NCBI GenBank assembly: GCA_965603825.1
Contig: CBFDEM010000046.1
Coordinates: 682,001-746,000 of the forward strand
Length of the DNA: 64,000 bases
Direction: 5' to 3'
Source: Blepharisma stoltei ATCC 30299
Taxonomy: Eukaryota > Protista > Ciliophora
The position numbers and the translations under genes are program-made. Below, one piece after another: positions 13,578 to 25,555 of the stretch. Positions within the stretch are counted from its first letter, which is position 1, and every line of letters begins with the position of its first letter. The notes beneath the pieces are model-generated. The model was not told the origin of the DNA and searched no databases. It was given only the letters and a program-made list of their open reading frames with translations.

Positions 13578-15464
13578 ATGGGTTCTGAAAAAATCATTGA
13601 ACTGAATTTTATAAGAAATGAAAATCATGAAAAAGCTGTGATTGCATTCCCAAACACTTGAAATGAGCTATTATTAGAGATTATTAATGCATTCAGCATA
13701 GATCCGACTTATATTTGAATCATTTGGAATAAAATCCCAATCAAGCCAAAATCATTTACGATGATGAAGGATTCAGGAGTTTCTAGATTTATCTTACTAT
13801 TACAATTGAAAGGTGAGAGGTCTTATTTTCAGTTTATTCTTAAGAATTATAAACAATTTCACTCAGAAATGAATAGAAAAGTTTTAGAACTTTACAAAAC
13901 TGTTTTAATTGAAGGGTCAAGTCTGATTAAAAGTTTATATATTGATGATGATATGTTGATCCCCAATTTTAATTATTTTCTGCTTTTATTACCCTTTTTG
14001 GATAATTTAGAGTATTTAGCACTTGGATCAAGAAAAAGCAAAATTATGAGGATTTCAATGTTTTCAGTGCCAAGTTTTCTTGGAGAAAGGTCATTTACCT
14101 TAGAAAATCGCTTACCAGTGATAGACTCATTTTCGAACTTTGATCAAATTGGTTTTTTGAACACATTTGGACAAATATTAGCTACCCTTCCAAAACTAGA
14201 ATACTTGGATTTTTCTTATGCCTTTACCGATCTCAGTAGATTAGGACCACTTTGCAGCCACTTTTCATCAATAAAAACGCTTAAAGCACTAGATTTGTCA
14301 GGAATTGCATTTAACAGAGACGATACCGAAGTACTTCTAGGCTATTTATTACCATTAGAAAATCTAAAATCAATTGAACTTGATAACTGCCTGATAAGCA
14401 ATGCCATTATGGACCGTTTAATTGGTGTTTTTGGCCGTGAATCTCTATTAGAAAGGCTTAAGTTCCTATCTTTAAGAAATAATCAATATCTAGAAGCCAA
14501 TAATTTCACTTTAAGCCGAGCTATAGAAACCTGCAGAACCCTTGAAGTCCTTGATCTTTCCTCATCAAGTTTATATCAAAAAGGAATGTGGAGTATCCAT
14601 TATGCACTCATGACACAAATAAAATTAAAAAAGTTATATCTTGCCAATAATTATTTGCAAAATTCTGGGGATTTAATTGTTGAGTGCTTGCCAAGTTTTA
14701 AGCAGCTGACACATCTAGATATTTCGAATAATTATATAGGTACAGTATGGATTAGAAAAATTGTGGAATTATTGCCAAATTCTATGGAACTTATAGATAT
14801 TGGCTACAATAACTGCAATTTAGACATTTTTATTACACTTAATGAAAAAATCCCATTCTGAAGCAATCTAAGTACTTTAAATATTGCTGGGATCATAGAA
14901 GGCTGCTCTATAGTGGGAAACGAAAATTATAGTAATTTCTTGCCAGCTGCCTCTCTAAAAGAATTCGAAATTTCTTTTGAAAATATTCATATCCCATTTT
15001 CTATCTACCAGCAGCTGTCAAAATGTCCTAAACTCCGCATCCTATCATTTAGAAATATTGGAATCACTGAGCAAGCTTTTCCACTATTTAAAGCCATGAT
15101 AGAATCTTTGGAAAATCTTGAAGTAGTTTACCTTAAAGACTGCAAATGCGAAAAAAATATTTTGGAAAAATTATTTATAATTATAAGAAATCACCCTAAA
15201 ATTTCGGTTGTGGGCTTTGAGGAAAACACAATGGCTGGAGATGCAAGATGGATGCTTTATCGGTATAATTTACTTAATAGAGATTTTCAGCTACACCCAA
15301 ACTTTGCTGTAGTTAGAAATAATATTGATATTCCGGGCGCTAAGGATATTGAGAAATGTAAGCTTTGCAATTCAAACTGTGGGTATCCTGAGTTGTGCCA
15401 GTGGGCAAGACGAAGGGCGATACTAATATCAAGAAAATTTAGTCAAAACTATAAACTTGTTTAA
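13578..15464 (+). CDS. RNI-like leucine-rich-repeat protein with possible N-terminal ubiquitin-like domain (~628 aa)
   Basis: ATG 13578 is in frame with ORFs 13761 and 14913 through three TGA; repeated LxxLxLSxNxI units. Confidence 0.8.
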
Positions 15465-15630
15465 ATTAATTTTTATCAGATTTCTAATATACTCTGTAAT
15501 TTTGAATTAAAAAATAATAAAGTGAATATTGATTATCAAAGGAAGGATTAAGCATTAGCCTCGATTTAGGACAATTTTCCTTATTAGAATAAATTCGCAA
15601 TGAATATCTGATAAAAACTATAAAGATAAA

Positions 15631-16308
15631 TTAAGGGTTGTTCATTTTTTCAATTCTTTCTTTAAGCGCTTCAATTTTACTAGGCCCTTCATCTAATTTT
15701 TGCTGCAGGCCAGCAATCTCTTGGTTTTTTTCATTAATTTCTGCTCTGATTTGTCCAATAGGTCTAAACTGACTCAGAAGCTGGCAAAACTTATAAACTC
15801 CAGCAACCCACATATACAGCCCATAGGTAGCCTTCGAAACTTTACGAATCTCTACTTCATGTCCTTCGTACTCATCAATAAATGGCTTTAAATGATCAAT
15901 TCTTTGTTTCGGTACATTATGAATATCAAAAGTTACTAAAGTCTCTAAAAATTGGTTTCCTGAAAGTTTTCTGAAGGCATCCCATGATATATTACTGCTC
16001 CCGAGAAGAATTAAAATCCCTTCTGCAACCTTTTCAACTGTTTTTGGTGGCTTTGCAAAAGAACGGATTTCGTTAATGTCGTTTTTGGATAATACTGATA
16101 ATTCTCTTTGAGCTGTACTTAAAGCTGCTTGGAAATTTGGTAAATAGGTGTTATATGAATTTTCTTCTTCACGTAAGCTGGCTAATTCTGCAGTTAAAAC
16201 TTCGAGTTTTTGAGGAATTTCGCTAATTTCTTGTTCAATTTCGGTAAGAGCTGAGGCAGGATCTCCACTTCTTTCGATAGCTTCTAATATTCTTGAATAA
16301 GGCTCCAT
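15631..16308 (-). CDS. Stand-alone dynein stalk/microtubule-binding domain protein (225 aa)
   Basis: LSKNDINEIRSFAKPPKTVEKVAEGILILLG...SW...FLETLVTFD...VSKATYGLYMWVAGVYKF flanked by two coiled coils; in-frame TAA three codons upstream of the ATG; ends TAA. Confidence 0.85.
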   Translation of the reverse strand: MEPYSRILEAIERSGDPASALTEIEQEISEIPQKLEVLTAELASLREEENSYNTYLPNFQAALSTAQRELSVLSKNDINEIRSFAKPPKTVEKVAEGILILLGSSNISWDAFRKLSGNQFLETLVTFDIHNVPKQRIDHLKPFIDEYEGHEVEIRKVSKATYGLYMWVAGVYKFCQLLSQFRPIGQIRAEINEKNQEIAGLQQKLDEGPSKIEALKERIEKMNNP

Positions 16309-16484
16309 TTCTGATTATTGCTTATGAATTTTTTTAAAATTTTATAATGAAATTCTGAGAGATACTATCAAAATTTTAGTATATTATTCGAATGATTAGT
16401 AAAATTGCAAAATATTATTGATGGCTCATATTTTCTATATCTTATTAATTCAATTTATTGCATCCTGCAAGTAATTTTAATAAA

Positions 16485-16859
16485 TTCTTTGAATCATTAA
16501 GAATTTCAAAATTTTCTAAACCCTCTAAAAATGCTCTCTTGAGAAGAACCTTAAAGCACTCCATAATAAATTATTGTGTCTATAAAGAGCCAACTCCCCT
16601 CCTAACTCTTTCAATTTGCTCTTCTGGAAATTGACATAAATTGAGTTTATTAATGCCAGCCTGGTTTATACCTAATAAATAGCTTTTTACTGTATTGTAG
16701 AGCTGATAATTTGTACCAAATAAAGCTGCTAATCTATATTAGCAGCTCCTATTATCTGCAAATTCTATTGTGTTGCTGCTCTATTTCTGCAAGATCTGAG
16801 GCATAATCTCTGCTGTTTTCAGCAGCTTCAAATATCTTACACAAGGCTCTTACTGATTA
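16485..16859 (-). pseudogene. Decayed tandem copy of the dynein-stalk gene
   Basis: Collinear nucleotide similarity to the 5' half of 15631-16308 (TAATCAGTAAGAGCCTTGTGTAAGATATTTGAAGCT vs TAATCAGAAATGGAGCCTTATTCAAGAATATTAGAAGCT; ATTTTTAGAGGGTTTAGAAAATTTTGAAATTCTTAATG vs ATTTTTAGAGACTTTAGTAACTTTTGATATTCATAATG); ATG lost, frameshifts, TAA/TAG stops. Confidence 0.75.
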
Positions 16860-16962
16860 CTACTTAATTTCATGAAAAAAATTAAAATCTATAAAAAAAT
16901 CCAAATATTTTTATCACAATTTAGAAATGAAAATGATTAAAAGCCAAGCTTTTATTCAATAA

Positions 16963-17994
<1,032 letters not shown>

Positions 17995-18223
17995 TTTTTA
18001 CCTAAAGTCCTCTAGTTTTAATAGTCTTGATATTTATATAGAGACTCTGATAGAAATTTTTTAATTATATTATTTTTGGATTTTAATGGGAATTTTTGAT
18101 AGATTTTTAATAGAATAGGTAATTGACCTTATTTTAGTAAAATATGGTAGAAATCTTATATGGATTTTAAATAGAAAATGCCAGTTAATTACTGATTATC
18201 GCTTAACTATTCATTATTTTATC

Positions 18224-18853
18224 TCAATCCCTCTTAATTGGTAAGGACACATTATTTTTTTCATTTTGCAGCCCTTTAAGTGCTTCGGCTTGTACTTTTG
18301 TTACAAATCTTCCTTTAACCCGAATTCTGTCATCTGCTACCCGCTTTCTGCATGCATAAGCTATTTTTTTATTATAATTTCTTCGCTTTCTCTTTTCTAA
18401 ATACTTCATAATTTTTTCTCTACGTTCTTCATAAGAAAGAGTTCCAATCTTTTTGCTTTGGGACCATATAGTTTTCGGCTTCGGAAGCAAATTATTTTCA
18501 TATTTCTTCACTTGTTTATCTTTATTATTATTTTTATTTTCTCCTTGCTCTGAACTTATCATAGAAAAATAATCAAATGGCTGCGATATAAGTCTGCGAA
18601 TTTCTTGTGAATCTGGCTGCATAAAACCAGGATCGAAATTAAAAAATACGCTAGGGTCAAAGTTATCGACATCAGGATGAGGCATAAAAAGGCTTTCGCT
18701 TGCATCTTCTTTCTTAGCAATATCAGGGTTTTCAGTGTCATATTGAATGTTAGGGACAAAGAATTGTTGAAAATCAGGCGGAAGAAAGGGTTGTTCATGC
18801 CCATCGGTATCGTTTGTGTCACGATCACTAATGAACATACTTGGATCAAACAT
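18224..18853 (-). CDS. CCT-motif protein, copy 2
   Basis: ERREKIMKYLEKRKRRNYNKKIAYACRKRVADDRIRVKGRFV; D/F/P-rich N-terminus. Confidence 0.85.
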   Translation of the reverse strand: MFDPSMFISDRDTNDTDGHEQPFLPPDFQQFFVPNIQYDTENPDIAKKEDASESLFMPHPDVDNFDPSVFFNFDPGFMQPDSQEIRRLISQPFDYFSMISSEQGENKNNNKDKQVKKYENNLLPKPKTIWSQSKKIGTLSYEERREKIMKYLEKRKRRNYNKKIAYACRKRVADDRIRVKGRFVTKVQAEALKGLQNEKNNVSLPIKRD

Positions 18854-19790
18854 TTTACAAATTATATTTTAAGTGAGCAAGCCAAATTAGATGTGCTTGT
18901 TTTTTGGAGGATTAAGTAAGTTAGATAATCGGTTAGTTTGTGGAGTGATGGCTATTTACTTAGATGGTTGGTTATTATTACCTATTTTTCTGATCATTGA
19001 ATGGATAGTATGAGTGTGTCGGGACTATGATGGAAAATATTAAGACTAATTCAATTAAAGTATTAATCATATAAAAAAGTGCAGGACAGTATCCCGAACT
19101 TCTTGCGATTGCAAGATTATATGGTTTTAGAGCAAAAGCGAATTTATTAAAATTTGCGTCAGATTCTTGGAAAACCATTTTCCTCTGACATCGTTAAATT
19201 TAAAATAAAGTAAAAAAGCTTGTTATTATTTGATTAGTGATTAGGTATAGTTTAATTTCTTTAAAAGATACTGCAAATTGATTAGTTGCTACTTTGGTGA
19301 TTTTTTGATAGGGTATGAAGCAAAATATCAGTCATGGACTTATGTATAAAAATCTATAATTACTAAATAATAGAAGTTTATGCCAATTCTATTAATTATG
19401 ACTAGCTATATTAATAGTCGATAAAGTGCTTTAGTTAATTAAAATTTGCATTATTTCAATGCTAAATTAAACAATCCATTACCTTGGGTATCTAGTTTTG
19501 GATAAATTTAAAATATCAATTTATATTGGTAATTTAATAAATAAACAGAAATTTGGGCCCTGAGCAATCCAATTTAACCCTTATTAAAAAATTATATTTA
19601 TTATAACATAAATCGGAATAAAGAAAGCATTGCTTAATAAATTTCGTAAATCAAACTAAATAATTTTTCCAACAATATATAATAATCTTCTACTTTAAAT
19701 GGATTTATATTAGGACGACTGCTTTATAATGCATAAAAAGGATTATTTTAAAGAATATTCAATATTTGATATACTAAAAAATAGATAAAG

Positions 19791-20216
19791 ATGCTTTTTT
19801 GTATATTTGCTTTCGGTATCATTTGTAGTATATTTTTATGAATCCAGCATTTTATAGTGTTTTTTATTGTATGCTTTATTATACTCATACCTATCATAGG
19901 CTGCCTTGCTTGCGGAGCTGCGCTAGGTTTTGTATATTGAATTGGTAAACAGATGTCCCAAGAAGCATTAAATGAAAGAGAAAAACAATTAAGAGCAGTC
20001 CAGGAAGCCCAGCCTTTCATACACGAAGAGTTTATATGCCCAATTTCTAAAGAAGTTATGAGAGATCCTGTTATTACTCCATATGGGCACGTATTTGATA
20101 GGGAATCTATTGAAAACTGACTATTAACTAAACATCAATGCCCATTGACCCGAAAGCCTTTAAGAAAAAGAGATTTAAAGCCATACAGACAGCAATTTTG
20201 TAACCAGAATCATTAA
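19791..20216 (+). CDS. Small membrane-anchored U-box protein (141 aa; not in ORF track)
   Basis: Open frame with three TGA=Trp; hydrophobic N-terminal ~50 aa, then EEFICPISKEVMRDPVITPYGHVFDRESIENWLLTKHQCPLTRKPL. Start codon less certain. Confidence 0.8.
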
Positions 20217-20232
20217 ATTAATAGAACAATTT

Positions 20233-21300
20233 TTAAATCCCTATTTTTATTGAAAATCTACTCTTTCTTAAATCATTTTCCTTTCTATAAAAATTTGAGC
20301 CTTCAAAGCTAATACCTTGAATTGATAATGCGCTTAAAGTGATTCCACAGCAGCTGTAAAACACATCAGTGATATTTTCAGTAAAAGGGAGCTTTAAAGA
20401 TTTCATTAGCGTAAAAATCCTGAGAAAATTCTTCATATTTCTAATGTTTGGTGTATTTTGTTATAAAAATAAACTCTATTTATATAGAGAAATTTGATAT
20501 CTCTGCCTATTATTATTTATGATAAATTGATTATCTCCTTTTCGTTCTGATTTTTATTAAGCTCAGCATTTTCTTATACCCATAGCTACCATTAAGTTCT
20601 TCTACTAGGACTATTTCTTTGACACGACTTTTCTAATTGAGAAATAGTTTATTATTATCAACAGTATATACCTTACAAAAGATGCAGCTTCTTTTGTGCT
20701 TTCTCATTTCCAGCTGGCATAAGAAATCGCACCAATTTGGGCGGCTCATATCAAATTATTAAATAGTTACAGCTACGTCCTTATCAATTTCAAAATTATG
20801 ATAGCGTCAAAAGGGCCTTTCGCGTTTTTTCCAATGCTGCCTAATTCTTCAATCCATCTTAATAAGCGAAATATTTTTCGCTCACTGCTCATAGATTCAT
20901 TAATTATTTTAGCCTCTTAACTTTTATATGCCAATATTTTATTCTAAAAGATAGGCATACTATTAAAATAAAGGCAATAAGTAATAAAATATTCTCTCTC
21001 TAAGAGTTTTTTTTTCATTTCAGGTTATAAGTTTAGATTAAGCATAATTGGTCATTCTCGGATGCGATTTTCTGCAAATAATCAATCAAGCTGTTTTTAT
21101 ATAGATATGAAAGATATTGGACAATGCCTAAAATTTTGTCTCTACCTCGAGAAGACCTGAGAACATGAATTTCACAGGTTTTAAAATAAAGAATTAACTG
21201 GGAAATCTTTACCGTTGGCTGAGCCAGAAGCTCTAAAAACGACAAACTTCTTTTGATTTTTCTTTTGCTCATCAAACTTCAACAAATTTTTATCGACCAT
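20233..21300 (-). pseudogene. PEX11: PEX11-like pseudogene
   Basis: PEX11-like blocks GRDKILGIVQYLSYL, MSSERKIFRLLRWIEE, FNNLIWAAQIG interrupted by TAA 21033-21035, TAG 20773-20775, TAA 20767-20769, TAG 20611-20613 and frame changes not explained by 15/16-nt introns. Confidence 0.65.
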
Positions 21301-22192
21301 TTTGTTTTGTGAATTTAAATTGATTTCGCAACAGAATAGTCAAGAAAATTGCCGAAATTCCCTTGAATTGGTATTAAATTTGGATATAAATAGATGAGGA
21401 ATTTAGGGATTATTTAGAGAAGTTATTATTAATTTTTGTAGATAGTCTTATGAGTTTATTTTATGAAGATGGGAGAGTAATTAAAATTATTTGCAGAAAA
21501 TCATAGAGAGCTCTGTATAATGGTAATATTGATTTTAATAGTTTAATTTTACAAGTTTTTAAGAAAATATTAGATATTGCATATTTATTTTATAAAAAAT
21601 TTCTGGTTTTTATTCCAGAAGCTAATGCTTTCCATCTGCCTCTCTTTAGACTTTCTGATTATTTTATTTTTGTATGAATTCTCTATTTAATCATACTTTT
21701 CAGTCAAATTTGGACTTTAAAAATTTTTCCTTTATATTTATCTTGAATGATAAATGCATTCAAATAGTTTTTATTTGGAAAATTTCGATAAATGATGAGA
21801 GATAAATCATCACAAAAAGAGATGGGAAATATAAATTAAGTGACTTGTAAAAGAATGAGGGACCAATGGCTCTTATTTGTTTTACAAAATATTTTCATAT
21901 TTAAACAACCAAAATCTTATCAATTACCCTATCGAAAATTTGCCAATATGCAGGACAGCAAAGAAAGAAAACTTTAAAGATTTTCTTTAAATAAAACAAT
22001 TTTATTTCTCTTTTGCAAAAAAATTAGCAAATTGAGTGAATCAATTCGAAATTTATTGTTCAAGTTAAGTATTAGCTCATATAATTATATATATAATTAA
22101 AAATCTTTTGCGATTTTATCAAAATTGCTTTATTTTACATTTACATTCTATTTTCAACTTACCTAAACGCTCTCATTATAAAGTTAACCAAA

Positions 22193-24028
22193 ATGGCAAC
22201 TAATACCACAACAGCAAGAAACTCTGGAGAGATCCCACTTAGAGACAGACTTTATATGGATCCAGTTGAAAAATACCAGGTCTACGACATATTTCCATGA
22301 GTTTTAATCCTGCACATTATTCTGGTTTTTCTAACCTCAGCCCAAGTCGGAATGGTAGTAAATTCAAGCTCCCAATACTCTTATTCACAGCTTACTCTAT
22401 TTAATGAAATTTTTTTAAACCACGACGTACAAGGCAGTGACAGTTCATTAACAATGACATATCATCTTTTTAATATAGGAGATTTACTAACTTATGTTGA
22501 AAAAACAGTAGATGTAATATTTAGATAGAGATATTTTGATATCAACTCACATACAGTAGATAACTACTCCCACGAGTTTTCTCATGGAAAAATCAAACCA
22601 ATCCATATGTATGTAGAATATGGAGATAGATCAGAAGCTAATGATAAAGGATATAGGCAGCTATACCGCTTAACCCCTAATGATTTAGGCCCTTTTCAGC
22701 ATTATAATCTTAAGGAATTCTTAGATGTCGTGGCAAGATTTGAATTTGTTTTTACATTAAAGCATTATCTGCACTCTGACGTCCCTGTCCCCTCAACTTG
22801 TTATTCCTGGAATCTTCATCAAAGATATGACTATGCCTTGCATGGCCCAATTACAGTCACCTTAGACGTTGATCGTGGAATTTGTTCAAATGGAACCTGT
22901 AACTTTTATTTAGACGATGTTTTTAAAAAATATATGTGGATTAATTTAGCTGTCTTTATTTGTGGATTTTTATCTTTTAGCTTGACTGCAAGACACTTAT
23001 ATAGCAGAGCGCTGCTTATGTCAACTTTTAAAAAAAACCAAAGAGGAAGCATTGCTGATGCATGGGAAAATTTAACTTTAAAAGAAAAATTCAGGTTTAT
23101 TGACATGTGAATTGTGTTAAATACAATTGGGAATCTATGTCAGATTTTTGGGTCTTTAGGAGGGCTTATGGAGTCATATAATTCAATGACTACGCTAGAA
23201 GTAATTTGTGGAATTGGCTGTTTTAGTAGCTGGGTAGGAGTTCTGAGGTTTTTAAAGCCAGCTCCTACCTCTTATACAGTGGTTAACACTATAAAAAGGT
23301 CATATTCCCGGCTTCTCCCTTATATTATAGGTGTTCTCCCAGTATTTATGGCTTTTGCCTTTTTAAGTATGTGCCTATTTTGGAAAACTGGAAATTATAC
23401 CAGCCCTACCAGTTCCATGTTGGTAAACTTTGCTATGCTAAACGGTGACTCTTTATACCCCTTTTTCAGTGATGCAGTCGACGCTAATTATGTTTTCGGT
23501 CAAATTTTTATGTACGCGTATCTTGTCTTTTTTATTACGTAAAAACCATTTAGATGTGTCCAAAATATTTTTGTGGCGATTTTTCAAGAGGGCTATAACT
23601 CTTTGCAGGTAAACCCAGTCAAGCGTGGAGACGAAAGTGATGATGACGATTTTTCTGATCCTTTTTCACTAGCAGGAAGCCCTATGCTTGCTACACCTTC
23701 ATCTCCAAAACTAACCAAAAAGCAGACAGAGCTTCATATTGAAAAAGAAGAAAGCAGTAATTAATAATTAGAAAGAAAATCCCAAAAAGCATTAAAAAAA
23801 ATTTTGGCTGGAAAATTAGTTTTGCCGCTGCTAAATGATATGACTGAAGTGTATATGGAGAGGCTTGAAAAAGCTTTAGAAGACATTAAAACACAGATTC
23901 TGACACTTGTGGAATCAGCTGAGCCGCTTCCTGGTGAAATTGTAGATCAAGAAAGGCTAAAAGACAGACTAAACGACATGCTGAGCATTGAGCTGCAAGA
24001 CCATGTTGATAAAACAATTATTCCTTAA
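22193..24028 (+). CDS. Mucolipin/TRPML cation channel (~591 aa)
   Basis: 15-nt introns 22514-22528, 23539-23553, 23757-23771 and probably 22899-22913; N-term YMDPVEKY...FPW(TGA); pore NFAMLNGDS; S6 VQNIFVAIFQEGY. Confidence 0.9.
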
Positions 24029-24044
24029 TAATTTTATAATTATT

Positions 24045-24713
24045 ATGAAATTATCTCAGCTATCGTCAATAGCAAATAAAATAGCTTCTTTGCCTAGCTC
24101 AAAATCAAGAAAAATTGTGGAGATTGCCCCATCAATTGATGATTTACAAGCAGCTGTGGAGCTGCCGATAGGCGAGGATCTTAATGAGTGGTATGCGGTT
24201 CATATCCATGATTTTCATAACGAAATCTATTTGCTTTATGATTCGATTTCTGAACTTTGTACAAGTAGAACTTGTCCAACTATGTCAGCTGGGGAAAAAT
24301 ATGAATATTTTTGGGTTGACGCTGAAGAAACAAAGCAGCCGACAAGGGTAACTGCATATGAGTATATAACAAATGTTATGTCATGGATTGAAAATTTGTT
24401 AGAAAATGAAATGTTATTTCCGACTGCAGAAAAAAAAAATTTTCCTGCAATGTTTGTGCTGATTGTGAAAACGGTTTTAAATAGACTTTTTAGGGTGTAC
24501 GCTCATATATATTATTCACATTTAGATGACGTTAATGAATTGGGGCTGGAGTTTCATTTAAATACATCATTCCGCCATTTTGTGTACTTTGTTAACAGAT
24601 TTAATTTGATGAAAGAAAGAGATATGGAGCCACTGAGGGAAGAAATAAGCTGCTTTATGAAGATGAAAGGGAGGAATCTGTATTCAAAATCTATTGCCTG
24701 CACGATGAGGTAA
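24045..24713 (+). CDS. MOB1: MOB kinase activator (Mob1/phocein family)
   Basis: AVELPIGEDLNEWYAVH, CPTMSAG, RLFRVYAHIYYSH, HLNTSFRHF; ATG 24045 preferred to the track's TTG start inside the upstream gene. Confidence 0.9.
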   Translation: MKLSQLSSIANKIASLPSSKSRKIVEIAPSIDDLQAAVELPIGEDLNEWYAVHIHDFHNEIYLLYDSISELCTSRTCPTMSAGEKYEYFWVDAEETKQPTRVTAYEYITNVMSWIENLLENEMLFPTAEKKNFPAMFVLIVKTVLNRLFRVYAHIYYSHLDDVNELGLEFHLNTSFRHFVYFVNRFNLMKERDMEPLREEISCFMKMKGRNLYSKSIACTMR

Positions 24714-24828
24714 GCGTGTAAATCTGAGGGGATATAAAATGTTGATAGGTTTAGTATATAATTGCTTATTATTTATTTATTTTTACTATTTTTGTTATGT
24801 TTTAATATAAAATTGAATAATTTTCACT

Positions 24829-25515
24829 ATGAAAATTATTTTCAGGCATTTTTCAGAGCTTGTCAAACGCAAAGATAAAGTCCTTAAAGTTTCACAGGAA
24901 ACTCAAGCGTCACTTGAACAGTCTGGATTTTATGCCACAAAACCTTTATCAATTGATTATTCTAAAAATCCTGTGGCTTATAAAATTATTAACACAGAAT
25001 CTCTCTCAGTTAAAGACCAAGATTTAAAATTCTCCCAAATCGATATATCGACAATGAAAAACTTAGAACTATCCAAGGACTATTTGCAAAGTGAACTGGG
25101 AGATATCAATATTTATGGGAAAAATGAAATTTTATTAGAAGACGTCGATCCTAAAAATTTGGGAAACAAAACGATTATTCTATGGGGCAAAAAAGCAAAG
25201 CTTAAAGCCTATGGGAAAATTGTGGAAGGAGAAGGGGAAGAGGGGGTCGGAAAAGTAGATAAACAGATATTTTATGAAGAAGAAGTAAAACATGGAGTAA
25301 AATTGACGTGGAAACATTATGGCCTTGCAGTATTAATGCTGCCGGTTGTATTTTATTTGCTGATTTATTTGCAAGTTGTCAGAGAATATTTATATGTAAA
25401 CTCATTTTATACAGCTCTTGACAGAGAAAATAAAGAACTGCTGGATACTTTAAAAAATATCCCGAGAAGTGTTTATAAAGCTCAGAAAAATCTTGAAAAA
25501 ATGTATCCAGATTAA
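24829..25515 (+). CDS. Hypothetical single-pass membrane protein, possibly mitochondrial
   Basis: 228-aa ORF; presequence-like MKIIFRHFS; TM segment YGLAVLMLPVVFYLLIYL. Confidence 0.7.
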   Translation: MKIIFRHFSELVKRKDKVLKVSQETQASLEQSGFYATKPLSIDYSKNPVAYKIINTESLSVKDQDLKFSQIDISTMKNLELSKDYLQSELGDINIYGKNEILLEDVDPKNLGNKTIILWGKKAKLKAYGKIVEGEGEEGVGKVDKQIFYEEEVKHGVKLTWKHYGLAVLMLPVVFYLLIYLQVVREYLYVNSFYTALDRENKELLDTLKNIPRSVYKAQKNLEKMYPD

Positions 25516-25555
25516 GATAAAATTGAATTAAAACTATTAATTGTGATTTCAGTAT

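Noticed and set aside
19073-19197. Telomerase RNA candidate (UGUCA motif, terminal U-run on minus strand)
   Set aside because: No telomere-complementary template follows the UGUCA.
20920-21035. Single retained IES explaining the PEX11 disruption
   Set aside because: Additional stops at 20767-20775 and 20611-20613 remain; TA ends are ubiquitous in AT-rich DNA.
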